From NCBI GenBank assembly GCA_964016885.1, contig OZ024741.1:281542001-281606000 (forward strand): a DNA stretch of 64,000 nt, given 5' to 3'. The stretch comes from Eledone cirrhosa. Lineage: Eukaryota. Shown here one piece after another: positions 51,386 through 63,875 of the stretch; positions within the stretch are counted from its first letter, which is position 1; the number at the start of each line of letters is the position of its first letter. The notes under the pieces were generated by a model. That model had not been told where the DNA came from, did no database searches, and saw only the letters and a list, made by a program, of their open reading frames with translations. The position numbers and the translations under genes were made by a program.

Positions 51386-52083
51386 TCAACGCCATTATCC
51401 TTTACTTCCTGATTAAACAGTAAAAAAAAAAAAAAAAAAAACTTCTTGTATCCAACGTGTCCTTGATCAGGTGCTGTAAGAGGAAGATATAACTGCTAAA
51501 TGTAGCAGGGTTGAACAATCATATATAGGCATCTTTGTTGGCTTGAAGTCTCAATGTTGCATATGGTATTGATTTATAGCATAAGTATTTCTATCCTGTA
51601 GAGCAGCTAGCAAGCAATTTATTCAATAGCTTGGAAAATTTCCGGTTAAAATCTACCCATGAGCAATTTATTAAATAGGACTTGATTATGTGTGTGTGTG
51701 TGTATATATGTATCTATCTATGTATAATGGTGAAAGCAGCGATTCTTTGCTTAAACTTTAATCTGTTATTTTAATAAATACATACATATATATATATATA
51801 TACATATGTATGTGTGTATATATATATATTTATATATATATATATATATATATTTGGGTTCTCTAACCCCAATTAAGTTGAAATTTGATTGAGTGTGTAT
51901 TTATATATATGTTTGGGCTCTCTACCCTCATTTTTTAAAAGGTATTCCCACCTGGCGTGTTGTTCTTCACATGGCAATGTAAGCGAAAATTACACAAGAA
52001 CATCAAAGAAAGCAGGCTAGCAACCAAGAGAGTGATAAGTCTCTCTCTCTCTAGAGAGATAGGTGTGTGTGTGTGTATATATA

Positions 52084-52200
52084 CGAGGGTTGGCTGAAAA
52101 GTTCATGCAGTTATTAATAAGAGTTAAAATTAATGCAAGATTTCACAGTACTAGCATCACTCCTTCATAGTCAGCCTATGAACTTTTGAGCCTACCCTTA
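52084..52200 (-). mobile_element. Mariner-derived MITE related to the 5638 element
   Basis: TIRs CGAGGGTTGGCTGAAAAGTTCAT / ATGAACTTTTGAGCCTACCCTT in a TA context. Confidence 0.8.
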
Positions 52201-52813
52201 TATATATATATATATGGTGGCTGCCAACTCGTTTTCGAGTACGGCCACTACTTTATATCTATGTAGGAGAACTCCTACCGATGGGCTGAACGAGTGTGAC
52301 TTTTTAGTCCAGCCAACGACTTGAAAACTCTTGTACAAAAACACTACACTTGTGACAATTATTGACACATAGTGCTAGGCCCATGGTACCATGTGACGAC
52401 AAGTGCAGAGAGATCTCCAGATATAAAGCAATGCCTGTGCTGTGAAGCTTTTATAGTGAGCAAAGGCACTGCACAAAGCCAGTCCCACTCTCTTAACCAA
52501 GATGATATTTACTAAAAAGAAGGACAAGTCAACATCATTGGATACCATCAGGGTTACAGGTGTTATATCAGAGTTTTCCTTCTGCTAGAATTCTGCCTTG
52601 ACAAAGGCTAAGGGGTCATCTCTCCCGGTGATTTTGGATGGCCATTGACTCTTAAGAGCTCCTTTGCCCTTTAACAGGTTTTGTTTTTAGTCCTGCAGGA
52701 TGTCCAAAGTCACCCTCCTCACCAAGAAACCTTGGTGGGGTTGCCAGTTTAGTCGCCAACGACCCGACCATGGGACAGGTTGTACTGGGATAGTACCAAC
52801 TGGTGACCTGACC

Positions 52814-52858
<45 letters not shown>

Positions 52859-52870
52859 TACATACATACA

Positions 52871-53403
52871 CAGTGGAACCTCGGTCCACAAACAATTTTA
52901 CCAAACATAAAATGTCTTGTGTGACGAATGTTGTCTCGAGTAATGAACACAAGCCGGCAACAATGGTTGGCAACAAGCTGGAAGTATTGGCAGGATAGCA
53001 TCAGCTGGTGTGTAGTTTTTGTTCAGTGCACATATTTAGTGAGACAGAAACCGAGAGAGTGGTCAGAGGCAGAAAAGAGAAAAAAAAACAAAGCCAGTTA
53101 CTCCTCCTCCAAACAACAACATCTCTTCCCTTCCCCTTCACTCACACCATCAATTCTCTTTTGTACAGGTACAGTAAAATTGAAATAAGTTTTTGCCTAT
53201 GTTTTATTTGTTTAGTGTGTATCCTTTTTTGCGTTAGATTTAATGATTTTCATTGGTTTTAAAAAGCAACCAGCTGGGGTCCAAGAACCGGATTAATCCA
53301 TTTTAGATTGATTTGTATGGAAAATATAGTTTCTGTTTATGAACATTTTGGGTGGAGGACAACCTTCAGGAATGAATTAAATTTGTTAACTGAGCTTTCA
53401 CTC
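52871..53403. mobile_element. Pogo/Tigger-like MITE
   Basis: Degenerate TIRs CAGTGGAACCTCGGT..ACAAA / TTTGTTAACTGAGCTTTCACTC in a TA/CA context. Confidence 0.6.
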
Positions 53404-54509
53404 ATATATATATATATATATGTCTAAGGTGAGCTTGTTTCAGCTCATGATCATGTGCTCACTAGTTCAGCACCCTAATGTAAGTATCTCTCTCTCTCAC
53501 TCCCTCTCTCATATATATATATATGTATATAACAAAGGAGTTGGGGTAAGGAACCAGATGGACCATAACGCACCAACGTACTCAATACTTAGGGTAGTAG
53601 AATGGGTAATAGGAACAAGTATGACCCCGACGGCAGAGCTCAAGCCGTTTCGATGGCTATTTCTGGACTAAATAAGAATTTTTAGCCTGGTAAATAAATA
53701 GCCGAACTTCTCAGGGGGTATTACCTTATATGGGAAGATAGTAATTGTCAAGAGGATTAGTCAAAAATTTGTTGTAAAGACAGATCATGGCATTTGGTGG
53801 GAGGTAGGGTGGCTGAACTTGCCGGTAGAACAAAGAGGGAGTGGGGGAAACCCAGTGAAGCGTTGAAATTGAAATCTATACAGCAGATTCTAAGGATAGT
53901 GTATAAAAGGTCGAAAAAAGTGTACTGGAGAAGAGGAGGGGGTAAATCGAAAGGGAGTAAAAAAAAAAAAAAAAGCCATTATAAAAATAAGGAAATAAAT
54001 ATATAAAAACAATTTCTGGTTACTACATTTCTACAATCACCAAATTTCTCATTGGTATTGCTAAGCTATAGAAAAGTTTTGGAAAAATACTAAATACGAG
54101 ATTGTAGTGAAAGATTTTTATAAAGCCGGCTTTACAGGGGGTCTAACACCACTGCTATAGATAGTTAGTAATCAGCCAATGCTATCTTACAATGACAACA
54201 AAAATACTACTAAAATACTACTACAAAAATACTAATACAAAAATACCACGAAGAAATTTAGAAACCACAGAAATGGAGCAGCAACCAGAAAGAAAAAAAT
54301 TTACTGGGGTCTAACACATCTGCTATAAAAAGCGTAATCGGCCAATTCTATCTTAAAATTAGGGGGGAGGGGGTACTGAGGCTATAGAGGACCGATGGGC
54401 TGCATTGGGATAGGCGAAAGGTGAAAAAAAGAGATGAGGAAGATCTGGTGTGGAAGGACTAGGAAGAGATGGGGGGGGGGGAGGAAACAGAGGAAAAATA
54501 AAAAAGTTA

Positions 54510-54705
54510 CGGGAGGGAGGGAGGGAGGGAGGGAGAGAGGGAGGGAGAGAGGGAGGGAGGGAGGGAGGGAGGGAGGGAGGGAGGGAGAGAGAGAGAGGGA
54601 GAGAGAGAGGTAGAGGGAGAGAGAGAGGTAGGGAGAGAGAGAGGTAGGGAGAGAGAGAGGTAGGGAGAGAGGGATAGAGAGAGGGAGGGAGAGAAAGAGG
54701 AGTAG

Positions 54706-54735
<30 letters not shown>
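54510..54735. repeat. (GGGA)/(GA)/(GT) compound microsatellite
   Basis: Direct inspection. Confidence 0.9.
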
Positions 54736-54737
<2 letters not shown>

Positions 54738-54765
54738 AGAGAGAGGGAGTGAGAGAGAGGCTTAC

Positions 54766-54830
54766 CTTAGGGTGCTGGACTAGTGAGCACATGATCATGA
54801 GTTGAAACAAGCTCACCTTAGACGAATTAG
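54766..54830 (-). other. Putative 65-nt host exon (NSSKVSLFQLMIMCSLVQHPK)
   Basis: CCCCTATTTTTCAG| ... CCTAAG|GTAAGC; one open frame. Confidence 0.45.
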
Positions 54831-55029
54831 CTGAAAAATAGGGGCCAGCCAGCCATTCTTAATGTAGAGTAAAAATGGCAAGAAGAGTTGGTGCGATTAG
54901 TGATCTGTGAAAACACTTGCTAGAATAATATGTAGATGTAGGAATTTGTTAAAATCATCTGAGCCATGATGGGATGGAAAATGTAGAAGATACACACACA
55001 CATGTGTGTGTATATACACATAGATGCAT

Positions 55030-56020
55030 ATACAGACACACGTGTATATATACATATATATATATACACTCATATGTATACACAGACACACGTGTATATA
55101 TACATATATATATATATACACTCATATATGTATACACAGACACACGTGTATATATACATATATATATATACACTCATATATGTATACACAGACACACGTG
55201 TATATATACATATACACTCATATATGTATACACAGACACACATGTATATATACACACTCATATATGTATACACAGACACACGTGTATATATATATACATA
55301 CACTCATATATGTATACACAGACACACGTGTATATATACATATATATATATATACACTCATATATGTATACACAGACACACGTGTATATATACATATATA
55401 TATATACACTCATATATGTATACACAGACACACGTGTATATATACATATACACTCATATATGTATACACAGACACACATGTATATATACACACTCATATA
55501 TGTATACACAGACACACGTGTATATATATATACATACACTCATATATGTATACACAGACACACGTGTATATATACATATATATATATATACACTCATATA
55601 TGTATACACAGACACACGTGTATATATATATATATGTATATATACACGTGTGTCTGTGTATACATATATGAGTGTATATATATATATATGTATATATACA
55701 CGTGTGTCTGTGTATACATATATGAGTGTATGTATATATATATACACGTGTGTCTGTGTATACATATATGAGTGTGTATATATACATGTGTGTCTGTGTA
55801 TACATATATGAGTGTATATGTATATATACACGTGTGTCTGTGTATACATATATGAGTGTATATATATATATGTATATATACACGTGTGTCTGTGTATACA
55901 TATATGAGTGTATATATATATATATGTATATATACACGTGTGTCTGTGTATACATATGAGTGTATATATATATATGTATATACACTCATATATGTATACA
56001 CAGACACACATATACATATA
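55030..56020. repeat. ~40-50-bp CACGTG-containing minisatellite with an internal inversion
   Basis: Unit TATACACAGACACACGTG(TA)nCACTCATATATG; orientation flips near 55632 and again near 55975. Confidence 0.93.
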
Positions 56021-56024
56021 TATA

Positions 56025-57304
56025 AACGAAGCTGGCAAGCTCCGCTGGATGTGTAATAGTAACAGACGTGAACGGCAAAGCATAAACGAACTAAGGAAAA
56101 AATTAGAAATAAGAGGGATCAGATGTTGTTTACTCGAGAGAAGGCTACGTTGGTATGGTCACGTGATGCGCATGAAAGACGATAGCTGTATAACAAAGTG
56201 CAGGGCAATAAAGATAGACGGTAGCCACGGAGTAGGCAGACCCAGAAAAACCTGGGACGACCTGATAAATTCCGACCTCACACACTTACACCTCTCCAAG
56301 ACAATGTCACTGGACCGAGACCTTTGGCGGTACTCAGTAACAGAGAAGACCCAACTTACCTAAATACAAAGTGAAACCTACTACAGTCAGTAGGCATCTC
56401 TAACAAAATACTCCCACGTCCCACCACCCCGACCCCATCCACACCGCCCCTTTCAATGTAAAGTTATGTTGGTGCCACAACATCCAGGCCGAAACAAATG
56501 AGATCGTGTAGGTGTCACGACAAAACACACAGTCCACGCTGTAATGTGGGCGTGTAGGCAACACGGTAAAAACCTCCCAGCCCCACACTGTAAATGTGGT
56601 TGGTGTTAGGAAGGGCATCCAGCTGTAGACAACCCGCCAGACAGTCCACGCTGTAATGTGGCCGTGTAGGCAACACGGTAAAAACCTCCCAGCCCCACAC
56701 TGTAAATGTGGTTGGTGTTAGGAAGGGCATCCAGCTGTAGAAAACACGCCAGACAGTCCACGCTGTAATGTGGCCGTGTAGGCAACACGGTAAAAACCTC
56801 CCAGCCCCACACTGTAAATGTGGTTGGTGTTAGGAAGGGCATCCAGCTGTAGACAACCCGCCAGACAGTCCACGCTGTAATGTGGCCGTGTAGGCAACAC
56901 GGTAAAAACCTCCCAGCCCCACACTGTAAATGTGGTTGGTGTTAGGAAGGGCATCCAGCTGTAGAAAACACGCCAGACAGTCCACGCTGTAATGTGGCCG
57001 TGTAGGCAACACGGTAAAAACCTCCCAGCCCCACACTGTAAATGTGGTTGGTGTTAGGAAGGGCATCCAACTGTAGAAAACCCGCCAGACAGTCCACGCT
57101 GTAATGTGGTCGTGTAGGCAACACGGTAAAAACCTCCCAGCCCCACACTGTAAATGTGGTTGGTGTTAGGAAGGGCATCCAGCTGTAGAAAACACGCCAG
57201 ACAGTCCTATGCGAGCAAGATAATCACTCTTGCCTCAAGTGGGAAAACCCCCGTCCAAACCCATGCAAGCGTGGAACACGGACGTTAAACGTTGATGATG
57301 ATGA
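56025..57304 (+). mobile_element. 5'-truncated RTE LINE inserted in the minisatellite
   Basis: Encodes LRWMC...RRLRWYGHVMRM...TEKTQLT*; 3'UTR; (GAT)n tail. Confidence 0.95.
56530..57201 (+). repeat. Six tandem 112-bp units inside the RTE 3'UTR
   Basis: CAGTCCACGCTG starts at 56530, 56642, 56754, 56866, 56978 and 57090. Confidence 0.95.
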
Positions 57305-57683
57305 CACTCATATATGTATACACAGACACATGTATATATATACATATATATATACACTCATATGTATACAGACACACGTGTATATATACATATATATAGA
57401 CACTCATATATGTATACACAGACACGTGTATATATACATATATATACACTCATATATGTATACACAGACACACGTGTATATATATACATATATACACTCA
57501 TGTATACACAGACACACGTGTATATATATACATATATACACTCATGTATACACAGACACACGTGTATATATACATATATATACACACTCATATGTATACA
57601 GACACGTGTATATATACATATATACACTCATATACACAGACACACGTGTATATATACACTCATATATGTATACACAGACACAC

Positions 57684-57717
<34 letters not shown>

Positions 57718-57890
57718 TCATATATGTATACACAGACACACGTGTATATATACATATATATATACACTCATATATGTATACACAGACACACGTGTGTATA
57801 TACATATATATATATACACTCATATATGTATACACAGACACACGTGTATATATACATATATATATACACTCATATGTATACACAGACACA

Positions 57891-57929
<39 letters not shown>

Positions 57930-57972
57930 TCATATATGTATACACAGACACACGTGTGTATATATATATACA
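57305..57972. repeat. Continuation of the CACGTG minisatellite
   Basis: Same unit as 55030-55620. Confidence 0.93.
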
Positions 57973-58149
57973 TACAGATAATCAAGAGAAAAATATCAAA
58001 ATAATCAAAGCACATATGTAGTGTGAGTACTTGAAGGGTGTTCTGTAGTTAATAGTATTAAAGCTAAGTAAAGTTAATCCAGAAGTGGGAAGAAGACACA
58101 TTGGCTCTTCCATTACAACTGCAAATAACAATAATACTTTCAAGGGGGA

Positions 58150-60857
58150 GGGGAGATAAAGAGAGATGGAGGGAGATAGAGGGAGGTGGTGAGAGAGAGA
58201 TAGAGGGAGGTGGTGAGAGAGAGATAGAGGGAGGTGGTGAGAGAGACAGAGGGTGGTGAGAGAGAGGGGGTGGAGAGGGAGGGGTGGAGAGGGAGGGGTG
58301 GAGAGAGGGAGGTGGAGAGAGAGACACAGAGGGAGGTGGAGAGAGGGGGGGTGGAGAGAGAGGGGGTGGAGAGAGAGGGGGGTGGAGAGAGAAAGAGGGA
58401 GGTGGAGAGAGAAATAGAGGGAGGTGGAGAGAGAAATAGAGGGCGGTGGAGAGAGAAATAGAGGGAGGTGGAGAGAGAAATAGAGGGAGGTGGAGAGAGA
58501 AATAGAGGGAGGTGGAGAGAGAAATAGAGGGAGATGGAGAGAGAAATAGAGGGAGATGGAGAGAGAAATAGAGGGAGATGGAGAGAGAAATAGAGGGAGA
58601 TGGAGCGAGAAATAGAGGGAGGTGGTGCGAGAGATAGAGGGACATGGGGAGAGAGATAGAGGGACATGGTGCGAGAGATAGAGGGAGGTGGTGCGAGAGA
58701 TAGAGGGAGGTGGTGCGAGAGATAGAGGGAGGTGGTGCAAGAGATAGAGGGAGGTGGTGCGAGAGATAGAGGGAGGTGGTGCGAGAGATAGAGGGAGGTG
58801 GTGCGAGAGATAGAGGGACATGGTGCGAGAGATAGAGGGACGTGGTGCGAGAGATAGAGGGAGGTGGTGCGAGAGATAGAGGGACATGGGGAGAGAGATA
58901 GAGGGACATGGGGAGAGAGATAGAGGGAGGTGGTGCGAGAGATAGAGGGACATGGGGAGAGAGATAGAGGGACATGGGGAGAGAGATAGAGGGACATGGG
59001 GAGAGAGATAGAGGGAGGTGGTGCGAGAGATAGAGGGACATGGGGAGAGAGATAGAGGGACATGGGGAGAGAGATAGAGGGACATGGGGAGAGAGATAGA
59101 GGGAGGTGGTGCGAGAGATAGAGGGAGGTGGTGCAAGAGATAGAGGGACGTGGTGCGAGAGATAGAGGGACATGGGGAGAGAGATAGAGGGAGGTGGTGC
59201 GAGAGATAGAGGGAGGTGGTGCGAGAGATAGAGGGAGGTGGAGAGAGAGATAGAGGGAGGTGGAGAGAGAGATAGAGGGAGGTGGAGAGAGAGATAGAGG
59301 GAGGTGGTGCGAGAGATAGAGGGACATGGGGAGAGAGATAGAGGGAGGTGGTGCGAGAGATAGAGGGACATGGGGAGAGAGATAGAGGGAGGTGGTGCGA
59401 GAGATAGAGGGAGGTGGTGCGAGAGATAGAGGGAGGTGGAGAGAGTGATAGAGGGAGGTGGTGCGAGAGATAGAGGGAGGTGGTGCGAGAGATAGAGGGA
59501 GGTGGTGCGAGAGATAGAGGGAGGTGGTGCGAGAGATAGAGGGAGGTGGTGCGAGAGATAGAGGGAGGTGGTGCGAGAGATAGAGGGAGGTGGTGCAAGA
59601 GATAGAGGGAGGTGGTGCAAGAGATAGAGGGAGGTGGTGCAAGAGATAGAGGGAGGTGGTGCGAGAGATAGAGGGAGGTGGTGCGAGAGATAGAGGGACA
59701 TGGGGAGAGAGATAGAGGGAGGTGGTGCGAGAGATAGAGGGAGGTGGAGAGAGTGATAGAGGGAGGTGGTGCGAGAGATAGAGGGAGGTGGTGCAAGAGA
59801 TAGAGGGAGGTGGTGCAAGAGATAGAGGGAGGTGGTGCGAGAGATAGAGGGAGGTGGTGCGAGAGATAGAGGGACATGGGGAGAGAGATAGAGGGAGGTG
59901 GTGCGAGAGATAGAGGGACATGGGGAGAGAGATAGAGGGAGGTGGTGCGAGAGATAGAGGGAGGTGGTGCGAGAGATAGAGGGAGGTGGTGCGAGAGATA
60001 GAGGGAGGTGGTGCGAGAGATAGAGGGAGGTGGTGCGAGAGATAGAGGGAGGTGGTGCGAGAGATAGAGGGAGGTGGTGCGAGAGATAGAGGGAGGTGGA
60101 GAGAGTGATAGAGGGAGGTGGTGCGAGAGATAGAGGGAGGTGGAGAGAGTGATAGAGGGAGGTGGTGCAAGAGATAGAGGGAGGTGGTGCAAGAGATAGA
60201 GGGAGGTGGTGCAAGAGATAGAGGGAGGTGGTGCGAGAGATAGAGGGAGGTGGAGAGAGAGATAGAGGGAGGTGGTGCGAGAGATAGAGGGAGGTGGAGC
60301 GAGAGATAGAGGGACATGGGGAGAGAGATAGAGGGAGGTGGGGAGAGAGATAGAGGGACATGGGGAGAGAGATAGAGGGAGGTGGTGCGAGAGATAGAGG
60401 GAGGTGGTGCGAGAGATAGAGGGAGGTGGTGCGAGAGATAGAGGGAGGTGGTGCGAGAGATAGAGGGAGGTGGAGAGAGAGATAGAGGGAGGTGGAGAGA
60501 GAGATAGAGGGAGGCGGTGCGAGAGAGGGAGGCGGTGCGAGAGATAGAGGGAGGTGGTGCGAGAGATAGAGGGACATGGGGAGAGAGATAGAGGGACGTG
60601 GGGAGAGAGATAGAGGGACGTGGGGAGAGAGATAGAGGGACGTGGGGAGAGAGATAGAGGGACATGGGGAGAGAGATAGAGGGACATGGGGAGAGAGATA
60701 GAGGGACATGGGGAGAGAGATAGAGGGACATGGGGAGAGAGATAGAGGGACATGGGGAGAGAGATAGAGGGACATGGGGAGAGAGATAGAGGGACATGGG
60801 GAGAGAGATAGATGAAGGTGGAGAGAGAGAGATGAAAGTGGAGAGAGAGATAGAGGG
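58150..60857. repeat. 22-bp purine-rich minisatellite (GAGAGATAGAGGGAGGTGGTGC / GAGAGATAGAGGGACATGGGGA)
   Basis: About 2.7 kb tandem array with two interspersed major variants. Confidence 0.97.
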
Positions 60858-61049
60858 AAAAGTAAACAGAAAGAAAGTAAGCAAATAATACAGTACTATG
60901 AATATATGTATTAGTTTAACGCTAGTAGGAAAATAGTCTTAATGTATCAGACGCTAGACTTTCTTCAGTAGATAGAATTGCTGGGGTAGGAGTGATGAGG
61001 TGAAAAGGCATTTGTGTGTTCAGTGAGCCATAGGTAACACACACACACA

Positions 61050-61086
<37 letters not shown>

Positions 61087-61460
61087 TTTTACCTAACCAG
61101 CTATCTCTATAAATATGCCTGTGTCTTTCTCTTTAAAGTGTTGGGTTAACTACCTCTACTTTTGTTCCAGCCTTCTGTTCTCAGTTCAACTTTACTTTTC
61201 AGCTTTCAGCCTTTTAGGGTCAATAAGTTCCAGTTCAGAGGTGTATTTTCAGTATCTATTCTGGTTCTTTTCTTTCTGAGTTCAAATCCCACCTCCTTTT
61301 GCCAAGCAGATAGTATTAGCAATCAGAAAAAAACCCAATGAAAGCATTGTTTCTTTGGTCCAATTTGGGGATCCACTTCCTTTCTTTCATCTACATAATT
61401 ATTAATCAATTGCTACAATTTTTCAGACAGAGACATAAAATACACTTCTCCCAATGCTGT

Positions 61461-61499
<39 letters not shown>

Positions 61500-61934
61500 C
61501 ATAATAAAACTCATGATAAAGTGAACACCTCTTTGTGCATCTAGGAAGTGATATGATAGACAAACAAAAATAGTGGTGATGATGATGATAGGAGTAGTAG
61601 TAGTACTGGTGATGATGAGGACAATGGTGGTGATGATGAGGATGGTGGTAGTCTTGGTGTTGAATATGATGATGGCAGTGGTGGTGATGATAATAATATT
61701 GAACGAGAAATGTAACCATGATCCCCACCACTACAACCACAACCACCACCATCCAAAAAATATTTTAAGCTAGAATGAAATAACAACATTACCATGAATG
61801 ATGCTTTTACACTAATAATGACAGTAGAATTAATAATTATTTAATAAAGTTCACATTAATTCTATCAGTGTGTTTGCTGGTTGTCAGAATTTCCAGTTTT
61901 CTAGTGCACAATAATAAACAAATAACTGAAGATA

Positions 61935-62060
61935 AATAATAATTGTTTCTACTATTGGCACAAGGCCAGCAATTATCCAGTACATTACTGGTACTTTATC
62001 GACTCCGTAAGGATGAAAGGTAAAGTTAACCTCGACGGGATTTGAACTCAGAATGGCAAG
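61935..62060 (-). mobile_element. Family A SINE fragment
   Basis: AATAATAATTGTTTCTACTATTGGCACAAGGCCAGC...GGGATTTGAACTCAG. Confidence 0.85.
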
Positions 62061-62174
62061 GGCCGTAATAATAATATTCTCAAGGGAGCAAAGAACAAAT
62101 GAAAAAGCCATATCAACTAAGAAAACACAAAGTAACAACTGAATTCTTTAGCTTTTGAACACATACACACACCA

Positions 62175-62380
62175 TCATACTTCATCTATTTTCCATGCTC
62201 GCATGGGTTAGATAAGTTATCCCATTTGAGGCAAGTCAGGTCAAGTGACCGTGTCTTGCTCATACAGAACTATTTCTGGCTTGGTTTCCACAGCTGGATG
62301 CCCTTCCTAACACCACCCACATTTACAGTGCTTTTTGTCATGATACCAACATGACCACTTTACGGTGTGGACTGGGGGCT
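62175..62380 (-). mobile_element. RTE-tail repeat (another copy at 62635-62810)
   Basis: CAGCTGGATGCCCTTCCTAACACC module. Confidence 0.7.
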
Positions 62381-62845
62381 TGGGTGAGTGGTGGTGGTGA
62401 AGGGGGTGTTAGGGCATGGGAGGTGTATGGAAGTGGGGAGGGAGGATATATATATATATACATATATATACACATACACCAAGCATGGGCAGCCTTTTTC
62501 AAGTAATGGGCTGCATAGGATGTGGCTCATCATAAGGTAGCTACACTGCTACAGAAATTCAAGGTAATTTTGAAATTAGGTGTGCCATTCAGAAAGCCAA
62601 ACAAGCCACAGTTTGTTCATGGCTGATATACACACATCATCATCATAGTGTAATGTCCATCTGTTCATGCTTGCATGGGTTTCATGGGTTGTCACATTAT
62701 GAGAGAGGCCAGGTTAGGTAACCATGTCTTACCCATATGAAACTGTTTCTGGCTTGGAATCTATAGCTGGATGCCCTCTCTAATGCTAATCATGTTACAG
62801 GGTGGACTGGCTGTTTATATATATATATATATATATATATAAACA

Positions 62846-63182
62846 CAGATTCACAATCTTTTATCCAAAATTCTGAAAAGCTCCAAAGACCAAACATTTT
62901 TCCAGGATGTCTTCTGCACACCAAAACTTGCGTTAGGCACCAAACTTGACCCGAAACAACCCACAATCAACCCAGGCCAGGCAGTTGTGTCTCAGAGCTC
63001 CTCTCAGTCAAACACACGTTGCCTCTGCTGCTCACAGAAATTTTGTTAATTTTTTGCTGAGCCACCCTGTCCCCTGTAATGTTTTATCTAAAAAAACTTT
63101 AAAATTTACACAAAAAATCTTCCATTCCGAAATCCGAAAAGTATCTGGTCCCAAGGTTTTCGGATAAGAGATTGTGAACCTG
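62846..63182. mobile_element. Tc1/pogo-type MITE
   Basis: 26-bp TIRs CAGATTCACAATCTTTTATCCAAAA / TTTTCGGATAAGAGATTGTGAACCTG|TA. Confidence 0.85.
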
Positions 63183-63808
63183 TATGTATGTACACACACA
63201 CACTGAAATTGTCACGACTATGAAATATAGGTTAAAATAACTAACATCATCACCAGAAATAGCTATCATAAAACATTCAGGTATTTAAGCCCAGCTAAAT
63301 TTCAGCTTTACTCTCTTCTCTGCCTTGTTCATTCGTGCTCTTTTCTCGCCCAGACACTGGACAAGAGACTTCGGTTGTGACAGTCACTGATAATTGGTGC
63401 TGCTAAGTTAGCCACTCACCCTAGTGCTATCTAATCTCAACTAATATCTCCACATTCACACATTATTTCACAAATTCCAACCTTTCACCACAAAATGCTT
63501 GTATCTATTAACACTACATTTAACAACCTGTTGCTGAAATACTGTTATATGAATAGAAACTGTTTCCTTGGTCCGATTTGAGAAATCCCACCTCACTCAG
63601 TAAGTGAATGAGGTCCGAGATCTTGTCACTCAAGTCAATCAATCAATGTATATATATATGTATATATATATATATATATATGTTTTTTAAGCTTCATATC
63701 ATGTCTCCCTATTTTATCTGATGAGAACGCAAATATCATCCCATGATGATATTCGTTTTTGAAATGCGCATAATAAAATACATGGAACTTTTTTAACCAT
63801 CTTTTGAT

Positions 63809-63875
<67 letters not shown>

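Noticed and set aside
52215-52810. Possible LINE 5'UTR fragment on the minus strand
   Set aside because: Only a vague resemblance and no coding motif; cannot be classified from sequence alone.
56530-57201. CRISPR-like array
   Set aside because: Units are near-identical end to end with no unique spacers; eukaryotic LINE 3'UTR; no cas genes.
54974-58021. Many Y/I/H/T-rich ORFs (also at 36419-37535)
   Set aside because: Artefacts of TA/CA simple repeats.
57982-60884. Three 900-aa minus-strand ORFs
   Set aside because: Open in all three frames only because the 22-bp pyrimidine-rich repeat lacks stops; not a gene.
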